Shown: positions 17,045-26,164 of the stretch, one piece after another
How the letters are laid out: the number at the start of each line of letters is the position of its first letter
Numbering within the stretch: the first letter of the stretch is position 1
Assembly: GCA_041690105.1 (NCBI GenBank)
Contig: JAWLHX010000005.1
Location: 1,551 to 65,550, forward strand
DNA from: Phycisphaerae bacterium
GTDB taxonomy: Bacteria; Planctomycetota; Phycisphaerae; FEN-1346; JAACEH01
DNA: 64,000 nt
Direction of reading: 5' to 3'
Made by a program: the position numbers and the translations under genes
Notes under the pieces: model-generated
The model's database searches: none
Told to the model about the DNA's origin: nothing
Seen by the model: only the letters and a program-made list of their open reading frames with translations

Positions 17045-18904
17045 TCAGTTGGACATAGAGTTGTTCAGACGGCGGCGGAGGAGGCGGACGTCGTTGCCGG
17101 TGACGCTGCCCGAAGAGTCGATGTCGCAGCGAGCGGCCAGGCCCGTAGTTGCGTCTGCTCCGGCCTGCTGTCGCACCAGTAACATGTCGCTGGTGGCGAC
17201 AACTCCATCGCTATCGCAGTCGCCCGTCAGCGTCCGAAGCTCCACCTGCACTACACCGCCAACCGAGGCCCCGTCATCTCCGGCAATGGCCGTGTTTATG
17301 GCAAGCTGGTAGTGACCGGCGTCGGGCAGACGCGCGGGCAAGACGAATGTGAGCGTTGTGCGCGGGCCGTCAAGCGTGTGCGTGGCGCCCGATGTATCGA
17401 CCGGCACAGGCTCCGGCCCGCCAAGCTGATGAATGACCAGGGCCCCCTCGGCCGGAATTGTCGAGGCATCAATGGGCAGACTGAAGACGAGTTGCACGGT
17501 GCGGGCGCCATCCAGTCGAGGCTCGATAAAACCATCGACAACGTCGAGCCCCACCGCGCCTGCCCCGGCCTGCCCCGCCAGCGATTTCCAGCCTGTAACC
17601 TGCGGGCCATTGCCGCCGACCGTGCCAACGGGTGGGCCGAAAGCATGAAGCCCCGTTGCGCCGATTGTGTACAGGTTGCCGTTGGCGTAAGCCGGGCTGG
17701 AGCCGGCACCCACGAAGTGCCCTTTGACGAACCCCTCGTCAGCCGGAGTTTTGCTGAGGTCGAGGGCGTAAAGATTGCCGGCCGGCGTGGTCGGATTTGC
17801 GCTTGCCCCGTCGCCCACGTAGAGCGTCTGGCCCACGAGCACAGGCTGCATGGTCCAGCCTCCGGCAGTCGTCCACTGCCACAGCTTGACTCCGTCGGAG
17901 CGGCGGAAGGCCTCGATTTTGGGCTGGCTGCCGTAGCCGACTACTCCACCCGAAAGGTAGACCGTATCGGCCGTGACGATTGGCTGGGTATCGGTGCGCT
18001 CGCACAGCGAGCTCCAGACCTGCTCTCCGCTGGCGGCATTGATGCAGACGAGGATGGCCGCGCCGTAAAAGTTGTATGTGGCCGCAAATGCCTGTTCGCC
18101 GGCCACCGCTAATCCGCCATTAAAGCCGCCATTTGGCAGAAAACTGCCTGCCCCGGGCAAAGCGAATACCCAGCCGGCCGATCCCGTGGGCGTAAACTGG
18201 CGGATATAGCCGGCCATGTCGGTGGACAGAATGTGGCTTCCGGAGGAGGTCTCCGCAACAGCCGCCTCCGAGCCCACGCTGCGCATCAGCGGCTGCGACC
18301 AGACCATTGCCCCATCAGCGTACTGCTGGTCATCCGGGTCGAGGTTCAGACAATACAGTTTTGCGCCAGTGCTCATGGGGCGATGATCGGCGACATAGGC
18401 CCGGGCACCATGCACCAGCACCGTACCATTGACTATCGGGCTGATGCCGAGAGTCGTCTGCCATGCCCTCTGCCCCGTTGCAGCACTGATGGCCGTCACC
18501 TTGTTGCCCGATGGCATAAGCACCAGGCCACGCTGCTCGGCGATGGTGGGGGCGCTCCAACTGTCGCCCTCCCGGGAGGCGACATCAGCCGTCCAGAGAT
18601 GCGCACCGTCGGCCTCGCTGAAGGCGATTACATGGCTGGTGGTAACAGTGTCGACCGTGCGAATGGCATAGACGAAGATGCGTCCATCGTGCACCACCGG
18701 AGCGCTCTGGCCGACAAGCTGATAGCCATCCGGGGCCGCGGCGACAAAGCGAGGCTCGGCAATCTCAGGGGCGACGGCTCCGGCAGCAGCCATCGAATTG
18801 CGGGCCTGTGTAGCCCCGCGATGCGTCCAGGCGTCATCGGCCAGCGCCGTGTGCGGCACAAGCAGAGCGACGGTCACGATTATCATCAGGCGAAGGTAAA
18901 GCAT
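17045..18904 (-). CDS. Secreted PQQ-like beta-propeller protein with C-terminal dockerin-like domain
   Basis: Signal peptide MLYLRL...ALA; repeated (A/S)xDGxxLW / GxxxW blades; C-terminal GDCDSDGVVATSD...DIDSSGSVTGND duplicated EF-hand-like dockerin motif. Confidence 0.8.
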   Translation of the reverse strand: MLYLRLMIIVTVALLVPHTALADDAWTHRGATQARNSMAAAGAVAPEIAEPRFVAAAPDGYQLVGQSAPVVHDGRIFVYAIRTVDTVTTSHVIAFSEADGAHLWTADVASREGDSWSAPTIAEQRGLVLMPSGNKVTAISAATGQRAWQTTLGISPIVNGTVLVHGARAYVADHRPMSTGAKLYCLNLDPDDQQYADGAMVWSQPLMRSVGSEAAVAETSSGSHILSTDMAGYIRQFTPTGSAGWVFALPGAGSFLPNGGFNGGLAVAGEQAFAATYNFYGAAILVCINAASGEQVWSSLCERTDTQPIVTADTVYLSGGVVGYGSQPKIEAFRRSDGVKLWQWTTAGGWTMQPVLVGQTLYVGDGASANPTTPAGNLYALDLSKTPADEGFVKGHFVGAGSSPAYANGNLYTIGATGLHAFGPPVGTVGGNGPQVTGWKSLAGQAGAGAVGLDVVDGFIEPRLDGARTVQLVFSLPIDASTIPAEGALVIHQLGGPEPVPVDTSGATHTLDGPRTTLTFVLPARLPDAGHYQLAINTAIAGDDGASVGGVVQVELRTLTGDCDSDGVVATSDMLLVRQQAGADATTGLAARCDIDSSGSVTGNDVRLLRRRLNNSMSN

Positions 18905-19034
18905 GTTGTTTGCTCCGGGCGAGGCCATGCGTACAGAAAAGGTAAGACATAACGCAAGAAAAGACGTGCACGGCGGGGCAAGCGTCCCGCCGTGCCACAT
19001 CAGCTTAATGCGACTGTGCCACGTACAATTACAG

Positions 19035-19925
19035 TTACTTCTGCCGCTGCAGGCGGCCACGTTTGCGGGCGCCGATGACGGCCCCGGCACCAATAAGGAG
19101 CATGGTCATTGTGGCCGGCTCGGGCACGGCTGCCACATCCGAGAAACCATGCAAGGCGTTTGTCTCGCCCTGCACGCGGACGTAACGAATCCAGTCCAGG
19201 CTGGCGGCATTCTGGTTCTCGTCCAGCAAGTTGGACAGATCGATGCCCAGACCGCCACCGCTGCCATCGTAGAGATCAATGGCATCGGCAACGCTGATGT
19301 TGGCAAAGTCGGCCCAGGTGAGACTCGGGTTGACCGGCCTGGTGTAGTCGCTGGGCGTGGCCCCGTTAGCATAGGCGTCGCGGGTGTAATCCAGGTAGCC
19401 CTGCATGGGGAAGATGGGGCTGGCCAGCACGGCCGTGTACCAGTTCAGGTCATCCTGGCTGACGCTGATTGTACCGATGTTGCCGCCAAAGTATCCGTAA
19501 AACCCGTTCGGGTCGGCAATGTTGTCGTTGGCCGGATAATCGCTGGAGCCGAAACCGAGGTTCGTGAACACCAGCAGGTCGACGCCGTAAGGGTTGAGCG
19601 AGTCGTTCTGCACGTTCTGGCTGAAGCTGACGACCAGTTCACCTGTCTGGCCGATGGTCAGCAACTGCTCGGCCAGCCAGACCGGTTCGGTCAGGCGCGC
19701 GCTCACGGTCTCGCCTGTGCTGGGATAGTTGACGGATTCGTGCGTAGTGCGGTCGGGCTGTCCCAGGACGACATTGGCATCGTTGAAAGAGGTGGCGCCA
19801 CCGGCATTGTAGCGGACCACGCTGTCGGCCCACGGATGATCGGCCCGGGCCGAGGCAGCGGTTACCGCCAGCAGTGTGGCGGTAGCGACAAAAAGGTACA
19901 GGGCGAACTTAACGAGCGGTTTCAT
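19035..19925 (-). CDS. PEP-CTERM surface protein
   Basis: Signal peptide; C-terminal VPEPATMTMLLIGAGAVIGARKRGR. GGAGG RBS before ATG 19925. Confidence 0.92.
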   Translation of the reverse strand: MKPLVKFALYLFVATATLLAVTAASARADHPWADSVVRYNAGGATSFNDANVVLGQPDRTTHESVNYPSTGETVSARLTEPVWLAEQLLTIGQTGELVVSFSQNVQNDSLNPYGVDLLVFTNLGFGSSDYPANDNIADPNGFYGYFGGNIGTISVSQDDLNWYTAVLASPIFPMQGYLDYTRDAYANGATPSDYTRPVNPSLTWADFANISVADAIDLYDGSGGGLGIDLSNLLDENQNAASLDWIRYVRVQGETNALHGFSDVAAVPEPATMTMLLIGAGAVIGARKRGRLQRQK

Positions 19926-20106
19926 CAGCAAGCAACCTCCATGTTGTGGACAGCCCGGCACCCTGCCTGGCCGACCGCGGGGTGTGCGCTGCATGCCGAT
20001 CCGCGCGGACCGGTCATCGCGATGCAGAACACATTCTGACAGTTGCGTGCAGTGGGAGGTCTTCAGACTAAGCTGCAGGCGGGCGGCGTTTGTCGGCGGG
20101 TGGCCG

Positions 20107-20144
20107 AAAAAGCAAAAAGCCCGCCTTCGCCATGGAAGGAGGGC
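20107..20144 (-). terminator. Intrinsic terminator in the riboswitch expression platform
   Basis: Minus strand GCCCTCCTTC-CATGGC-GAAGGCGGGC (9 of 10 bp paired) followed by TTTTTGCTTTTT, about 90 nt downstream of the aptamer. Confidence 0.7.
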
Positions 20145-20232
20145 CGCAGCCTGATGTCGGCTGCCCCAACTCTGGAGCGGTCGACAGAAGGACGTGAGGG
20201 TCTTTTCCGCGAAGACGTTCTGCACACTTTTT

Positions 20233-20440
20233 GTCACAGGCAGGTCTTCTGACTCGGGCTCACCTCCCGGCACCTTCCCATCCGCTGGCTCTTGATCAAA
20301 GAGCGGACAGTGGTTATTTGCCGGGAAAACAGGCCCATCACAGCGGCGCGTCCGTGCCGGATTCTCACCGGCTTCCCTCTTCGCCCGTTCCGGCCGATGG
20401 CACTGCGCCCACCATCCGCCACAACAGGAACCCGCGACAG
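20233..20440 (-). ncRNA. Cobalamin (AdoCbl-type) riboswitch
   Basis: Minus strand AAGAGGGAAGCCGGTGAGAATCCGGCACGGACGCGCCGCTGTGA, CCACTG...GGGAAGG, and B12 box GAGTCAGAAGACCTGCC; P1 GCGGGTT/GACCTGC. Confidence 0.93.
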
Positions 20441-20636
20441 CTTCACTTGTCAATCCTCACTTTATAACCTATGGTGGCCGGAAAGTCAAATTGTCGTTCT
20501 TTCTGTATTCAGCATGGGTGCGGCCGTTTTTCAGTGGGCACGGACTCGTGATGGTTGACCTTGCGTGGTTATGGATTGAGCGGCATTTGGGCCGTCAGGG
20601 TCTGGGGCAGACCACGGCGCCGATAAAGAAAATGCA

Positions 20637-20967
20637 CAGAAACGGGCCGAGGGGCAAGATGCCCCCCGGCACTCACGGCCAGGATGGCCGTGCCACGGTA
20701 AAGATGCCCCCTGCAACGTGTTGTTAAAGCCCCCGGCACTGCCGGGGGATGCTGTTGCTGCTGTTGTTTTGCGCCTTGAGGTTAAGAGAAGTTCGATCCC
20801 CCGGCAATGCCGGGGGCTTCAAAAGCAACGGCAAAAGCAAAAGCAACGGCAGAAGCAAAGGCAAAGGCAAAAGCAAAGGCAAAGGCAGCGGCAACGGCAA
20901 CAGAAACGGGCCGAGGGGCAAGATGCCCCCGGCACTCACGGCCAGGATGGCCGTGCCACGGTAAAGA
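20637..20967. repeat. REP/BIME-like composite repeat
   Basis: Direct repeat of 68/67 bp (20637-20704, 20901-20967). An inverted pair of 24-bp palindromes (20727-20750, 20796-20819). GCAAAA/GGCAAA/GCAACG hexamer tract (about 20821-20900). Confidence 0.85.
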
Positions 20968-21179
20968 AGCCCACGGAGCATGCCACTTAAAATCGGCCGC
21001 ACACCCTCGCCGATCAACATTATGCCGTTCTTGCATTTCCGGGTACGAATTCTACAATGAACCAGGCCAGCCGACGCCGTCCGCTCATCTGCCGCATACC
21101 TGCTTCGGCCCTGGCAATGACCGGCCTGTAATCCTTACCCCCGGCGGCTGACCGGAGGGCCTTGGGAGGCACGCTACTG

Positions 21180-22766
21180 GTGATTCTTCATCCGCGATGG
21201 ATATTGCTGTTGTTTGTTGCCGTGGGTCTGGCGGCACTGGCCGTGTCGATGGGCGGCGGCTGCGCCGACGATGCAGGCGACGCCCCTGCCGGCCACACCG
21301 ACCATGGCGACGCCAATTGCCCGGAGCATCAGGATTCCGCTGCCGGCGAGGTTCGACAGGATGATGACGATTGGCTTGCGGCGCAATTGGCTCGGGCCGC
21401 TAACGTCAATGCCCCCCTGTTGCCGGGCGAGCGTCGGGCAGACATCATCTACTCCGGCGGCCTGTACGGCATGATTGAATCCTGCGGCTGCGCCGGCAAC
21501 CCCAATGGCGGCATGGCCAAGGAGTTGACAGTTGTCGAGCATCGGCGGAATTCGGGCATCCCCACCATATACGTTCAGCCAGGCAAACTGTTTTCGTTTG
21601 AGCCTCGCCCGCTGAAGCGGCCCTTTGTGGCTCGGGCCGCCAGGCGCATGGGCTGGGACGCTATTGGCCTTGGCAGCCACGAACTGGTGGCAGGTGTTGA
21701 GCCGCTGCAGAAGCTTGCCGACCGTCACAATCTGCCGCTGGTAAGTGCCAATGTTCTCGACCTTCAGGGCCGCCCGGTTGCCAAGCCTTATATTATTCGC
21801 GATCTTGACGGCATCCGCGTGGGCATCTTCAGCCTGCTGGGCGACGAGCAGTACCTTTTTGTGCAGCGCGAATTTCTGGATCATGTGCAGGTGGTACCCC
21901 CGCTTGAGGCGGCGGGCCAGGTGCTCGGGGAGTTGAGCGGCAAGGTCGATTACATTATTGTGCTCAGCCAGCAGGCCCCGCACCTGGACCGGCAACTGGC
22001 CCTTAAGTTCCCGCAGATCAACCTGATCGTCGGTGGTAACGAGTCCAGGATGATTAACATTCCCGTGCGTGAAGGCAGCACACTGATTGTCAATGCCGGC
22101 GTCAATGGCTCGTTCAGCGGGGTTGTGCGGCTGGCAATCGACCCTTCGCGTCATGTGCGGGTTCTGGGGCACGAATTTTTGAACGCCGCGGCGGCCGTGC
22201 CGCGACATCCGGAGATGCAGGCCATCTACAAGGCTTACCTCAAGGAGAGCAAGGAGAAGCCGCTGGACGAAGGCGGGCAGGATCCGCTGCCACCAATCTA
22301 CCAGCCAAGTTCGGCCTGCCAGCCATGCCATCGGGAGATTTACGCCCAATACCAGAAGACCGCTCATGCCTCGGCCTGGCAGACCCTGGTCAAGGCGGGC
22401 CGGGCCGACAATCCGGAATGCTCGTACTGCCACGCCATGGGCCTTGGCCGCAAATCGGGCTTTCAGAGCATCGAGAAGACGCCCGAACTGGCCAACGTAT
22501 CGTGCCAGGCGTGTCACCTTGTGGCCAGCGACCATAACCTGCGCGGCATCAAGCCCGACCTGGAGTACGCCACCAGCCAGCGCACCTGTGAGCATTGCCA
22601 TACGCCGGTGACCAGCCCCAATTTCGACTTCTGGGGCGGAGCGGCCAAAGTCGATCACAGTGACGTAAAACAGAAGTCGAACGATCCGCCGCCCGGTTAC
22701 GAGCCGCGACTTATTGAGCCGGTCGTGCCGCCAAAGCCGGCCCCGCAGGCACCGGCAGAAAATTGA
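21180..22766 (+). CDS. 5'-nucleotidase/UshA-like domain fused to a tetraheme cytochrome c domain
   Basis: YGMIESCGC...GGMAK, DAIGLGSHE, LVSANV, INLIVGG, IVNAG. Four CxxCH (CQPCH, CSYCH, CQACH, CEHCH). GTG 21180 has GGAGG upstream. Confidence 0.85.
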   Translation: MILHPRWILLLFVAVGLAALAVSMGGGCADDAGDAPAGHTDHGDANCPEHQDSAAGEVRQDDDDWLAAQLARAANVNAPLLPGERRADIIYSGGLYGMIESCGCAGNPNGGMAKELTVVEHRRNSGIPTIYVQPGKLFSFEPRPLKRPFVARAARRMGWDAIGLGSHELVAGVEPLQKLADRHNLPLVSANVLDLQGRPVAKPYIIRDLDGIRVGIFSLLGDEQYLFVQREFLDHVQVVPPLEAAGQVLGELSGKVDYIIVLSQQAPHLDRQLALKFPQINLIVGGNESRMINIPVREGSTLIVNAGVNGSFSGVVRLAIDPSRHVRVLGHEFLNAAAAVPRHPEMQAIYKAYLKESKEKPLDEGGQDPLPPIYQPSSACQPCHREIYAQYQKTAHASAWQTLVKAGRADNPECSYCHAMGLGRKSGFQSIEKTPELANVSCQACHLVASDHNLRGIKPDLEYATSQRTCEHCHTPVTSPNFDFWGGAAKVDHSDVKQKSNDPPPGYEPRLIEPVVPPKPAPQAPAEN

Positions 22767-22806
22767 GTTATCCAAGCATCCAAGCGGCATACAGGAGAGC
22801 ACGATC

Positions 22807-24981
22807 ATGCAACAAGTTCAGACGAATCGGCAATCGCGGCGGACGGCTTCGGTTTTCACTGCGGCCCTGCCCTTTGTTCTTCTGGTACTGTTTTGCCCCG
22901 CGGTCGCCCTGGCCGACGAGCCACAGGCCGGTGCGGACCCGAGTCGCCCCAAAGCCGTTTCGTCCGATGGAGTGGCTATTGCCGCAACTTTGGCCGAACA
23001 GCTTAAGACCACTCGCGTTCCGCTGTTGGAAGATTACGCAGAGGCGCGTCCGCGGCTGCTTTTTGGTCCTGCCGACCGTGAGCGTCTGGCAGCCAAGGCC
23101 GAAAAGCAAAAGGACATGTGGGCCGAAGTGTTGAAGAAAGCTGCCACGGCCGGCGCGTCAAATGTGCCCACCGACGATGTAATCGAGGGCGGTAAAACCT
23201 ACTGGCGGATTGAGCGTGTGCAGTCGGCCGCCCTAACTCATTTTGTCACAGGCCAGCAGCGTTACGCCAGCGGCGCCGCCGTCTGGATGCTGGCTCATGG
23301 CAAGGTTGATACCTGGGGCACGGGTTACCGGCCGAATGTCGATCTGGCCGCCTCCTGGTACCTGTATCACATTGCCATTGCGTACGATGCCCTGCACAGC
23401 TCGTTGTCGGAAGCCGACCGGGCGGTCATTCGCAAGGGTCTGGCCGATCATGCGGCGGCCATTGCCGTGGGTCTGCGCGAAGGCGAGGACCGGGGCATAC
23501 GCTACGAGCAGAATCATACCTACATACCGGCCACAGCCCTGACGGCAGCCGCCCTGGCACTGAAGGGCGAGGTGGCCGAGGCAGACGACTGGCTCAACCT
23601 GAGTTGGGCCATAATGATGCGCTCGCGCTACGCCCTTGGCGAAGACGGCTACTATTACGAGGGAACGGGCTATTGGGCCTATGCTCTGCACTGGCATGTC
23701 CGCTGGGCCGAGATGATGTCGAGGGCCACCGGCCGCAAGCTGATGGAACTGCCGGCCCTGAGCGAGAACTGGCGATACGCCCTGCTGATGACCCTGCCGG
23801 GAGCCCCCGGTGTCTTCGACATTGGCGACACCAGCATGTGGCGCGATGGCGTCAGGCCGACAATATCGCTGCCCAACACATCGATGCTCCGAGCCGTGGC
23901 CGGCCAGCTCAAACGCCCCGAGCAACAGACGGCAGGCGACCTGATGTACCAACGTCAGCCCGAAACCGATTACCCTGCCGCGGCTTTCCTCTGGCACGAT
24001 GAGACGGTCGAAGCGGCACCACTGGCGAAGATCGACCCCTGGCACCATTTTAAGGACCACGACGTGGTAGCCTGGCGCAGCGGCTGGGACAGCCGGGACA
24101 GCGCTTTTGTCTTCCGCTGTGGTCCGCCGCAAGGACATGCGGCCACCGAGAAGCTGGAAATTATGAAAGACTGGACCATGAATTCCGGCCACGTGCATCC
24201 GGACATAGGCGCCTTCTGGATTTACGCCCGCAGCAACTACCTGGCCGTCGACACCGGATACCTGGATCAGAAGTGGACGCGGAATCACAACACCCTGCTG
24301 GTGGGCGGCAAAGGCCAGGGCATCGATGGCTCGTACTGGAACGACCGCGGCTGGCCCTACCGGAAATTCGATCAGGCCCGCATCACTGTAAGTCGTCTGC
24401 AAAAAGATTACGGCTATGCCTCAGGCGAGTTCTCATCAATCTACCCGGAAGAGCTTGGCCTGAAAAATTTGCGCCGCAGCGTAGTCATGACTGCCAACTG
24501 GATGATAGTCATCGACGACATGCAGGCCGACCAGCCGCAAACGCTGACCTGGCTCTGCCACAGCGATTCGCCGTTCGAGCAGGTGGCCGGGGGCGATGGC
24601 GCTTCGGCAGTTTTCCTCAGCCGCACCAACCAGGCTGGCCTGGCGGTACTGCCCCTGGGGCCAACCGCCGCAAAAGGCAAAAACGAACGCACAGTGGTGA
24701 TTGCCGGCACCTCACCGGGCCGCGGCAAGGAGATGGAGCTCAATCATCACCTGCGGCTCGATACCGAGGCGGCGACCAGGCAGCGGCTGGTTACTGTGGT
24801 GGCCATACTTGCTGATGGCCAGGCGCCGCCGGCGGCCCGGCTGGTCAAGTCGGACGACAAGCAGGTGACGGTTGAAATCAGCCGCTCGGTTGAGGGACAA
24901 CCGGCGGTCGCAACGACTGTATCTATTGACTTGGCAACCGGCGAACTTAAACACCACGATCAATCGAATCCGTCGAGGTAA
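22807..24981 (+). CDS. Secreted DUF4962 / heparinase II-III-like (oligo-alginate lyase-like) protein
   Basis: Signal peptide; helical toroid with QNHTY and YYEGTGYWAY; FDIGD; C-terminal beta-sandwich with GHVHPD, VDTGY, TRNHNTLLVGG. Confidence 0.75.
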   Translation: MQQVQTNRQSRRTASVFTAALPFVLLVLFCPAVALADEPQAGADPSRPKAVSSDGVAIAATLAEQLKTTRVPLLEDYAEARPRLLFGPADRERLAAKAEKQKDMWAEVLKKAATAGASNVPTDDVIEGGKTYWRIERVQSAALTHFVTGQQRYASGAAVWMLAHGKVDTWGTGYRPNVDLAASWYLYHIAIAYDALHSSLSEADRAVIRKGLADHAAAIAVGLREGEDRGIRYEQNHTYIPATALTAAALALKGEVAEADDWLNLSWAIMMRSRYALGEDGYYYEGTGYWAYALHWHVRWAEMMSRATGRKLMELPALSENWRYALLMTLPGAPGVFDIGDTSMWRDGVRPTISLPNTSMLRAVAGQLKRPEQQTAGDLMYQRQPETDYPAAAFLWHDETVEAAPLAKIDPWHHFKDHDVVAWRSGWDSRDSAFVFRCGPPQGHAATEKLEIMKDWTMNSGHVHPDIGAFWIYARSNYLAVDTGYLDQKWTRNHNTLLVGGKGQGIDGSYWNDRGWPYRKFDQARITVSRLQKDYGYASGEFSSIYPEELGLKNLRRSVVMTANWMIVIDDMQADQPQTLTWLCHSDSPFEQVAGGDGASAVFLSRTNQAGLAVLPLGPTAAKGKNERTVVIAGTSPGRGKEMELNHHLRLDTEAATRQRLVTVVAILADGQAPPAARLVKSDDKQVTVEISRSVEGQPAVATTVSIDLATGELKHHDQSNPSR

Positions 24982-25108
24982 TCGCTGCTTGTGCGACAAG
25001 CGTGGCATCGTATAATGTGCCGCGACAGATTTTGTCCGCCGTAGTTTTTCGTTATTTTTCAGCAACGGCTTTACCTGACCGGCATAGCTGGCAGGGCAGA
25101 AATGGAGA

Positions 25109-26119
25109 TTGATGCCGATGAACGTTCGTGACCGTTTCTGGGCGGCGATGCGACGTCAGCCCTGCGACAGGCTTCCTCTGGTGGAGTGGGCGCCGTGGTG
25201 GAAGGATGCCACGATTGCCCGCTGGTATGGTGAAGGCCTGCCGCGGGAGTTGAGCGACGACGTGTCGCTAAGGGCTTACTTCGGCCTGGACGATTGGCGT
25301 CAGTGCTGGTTGCGGGCCATCTCCCCCGACGCTCCCGAACCCGAAAGCCATGGCGCTCCGATCATCTCCAACAAGGCCGACTACGATCGATTCCAGCGAT
25401 ACCTGTGGCCCGACCCGCAGCCCTGGCTCGAGGAGTTGCAGCAATGGGCCGACTTGCACGCCAGGGGCGACTGCGTGGTCTGGATTACGCTGGAGGGCTT
25501 CTTCTGGCTGCCGCGGCGATTGCTGGGCATCGAAAATCACATGTACGCCTTTTACGATCAGCCGGACCTGATGAAGGAGATTAACGCGCGGCTGACGGAA
25601 TACCACCTGCAATGTCTGCAAAGCGTCAGTCAGATACTGCGTCCGGACTTCATGACCTTTGCCGAAGATATGTCCTACAACCTCGGGCCCATGCTGTCGC
25701 GCGATACGTTCGATGAGTTCGTCGCCCCCTATTACCGCCAGCTCATTCCGGAGATCAAGGCCCTGGGCATGGTGCCGATTATTGACAGCGATGGCCAGGT
25801 GGAGCCGATGATTGACTGGCTGGTCGATTCGGGCATAGAGGGCGTGCTGCCGCTGGAGCGACAAGCTGGCGTCGATGTGGCGGCCATACGGCAGAAGAGC
25901 GCCGACTTCAAGATGATTGGGGCCTACGACAAGATGGTGATGAACAAGGGCGAAGCGGCCATGCGGGCCGAATTCGAGCGTCTCTTGCCCACCATGGCCA
26001 GCGGCGGATTTATCCCCAGTTGCGACCACCAGACACCACCTGGCGTCTCGCTCGAACAGTACCGCACATATATTTCGCTGCTGGAGGAATACGCCACACG
26101 AGCCGTGGCCGACTGGTAA
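25109..26119 (+). CDS. Uroporphyrinogen decarboxylase-like (URO-D/MtaA family) protein
   Basis: RLLGIENHM, FAEDMSYNLGPMLS, IDSDG, GGFIPSCDHQTP. Confidence 0.8.
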   Translation: MMPMNVRDRFWAAMRRQPCDRLPLVEWAPWWKDATIARWYGEGLPRELSDDVSLRAYFGLDDWRQCWLRAISPDAPEPESHGAPIISNKADYDRFQRYLWPDPQPWLEELQQWADLHARGDCVVWITLEGFFWLPRRLLGIENHMYAFYDQPDLMKEINARLTEYHLQCLQSVSQILRPDFMTFAEDMSYNLGPMLSRDTFDEFVAPYYRQLIPEIKALGMVPIIDSDGQVEPMIDWLVDSGIEGVLPLERQAGVDVAAIRQKSADFKMIGAYDKMVMNKGEAAMRAEFERLLPTMASGGFIPSCDHQTPPGVSLEQYRTYISLLEEYATRAVADW

Positions 26120-26164
26120 GGCGGCGACCGAACGTGGGCGGCATCGGCCGCGCGGGGCCCGATT

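Noticed and set aside
20637-20967. Possible CRISPR array
   Set aside because: Only two long direct repeats, an internal region made of other repeats rather than unique spacers, and no cas genes.
20718-21151. Low-complexity ORFs (QKQRQ..., AKAKAK..., LPLPL...)
   Set aside because: Translations of the hexamer repeat tract in different frames; no RBS or domain support.
21480-21492. Selenocysteine in the UshA-like CGx motif or in the ars-type redox proteins
   Set aside because: All relevant codons are TGC/TGT; no in-frame TGA needs read-through.
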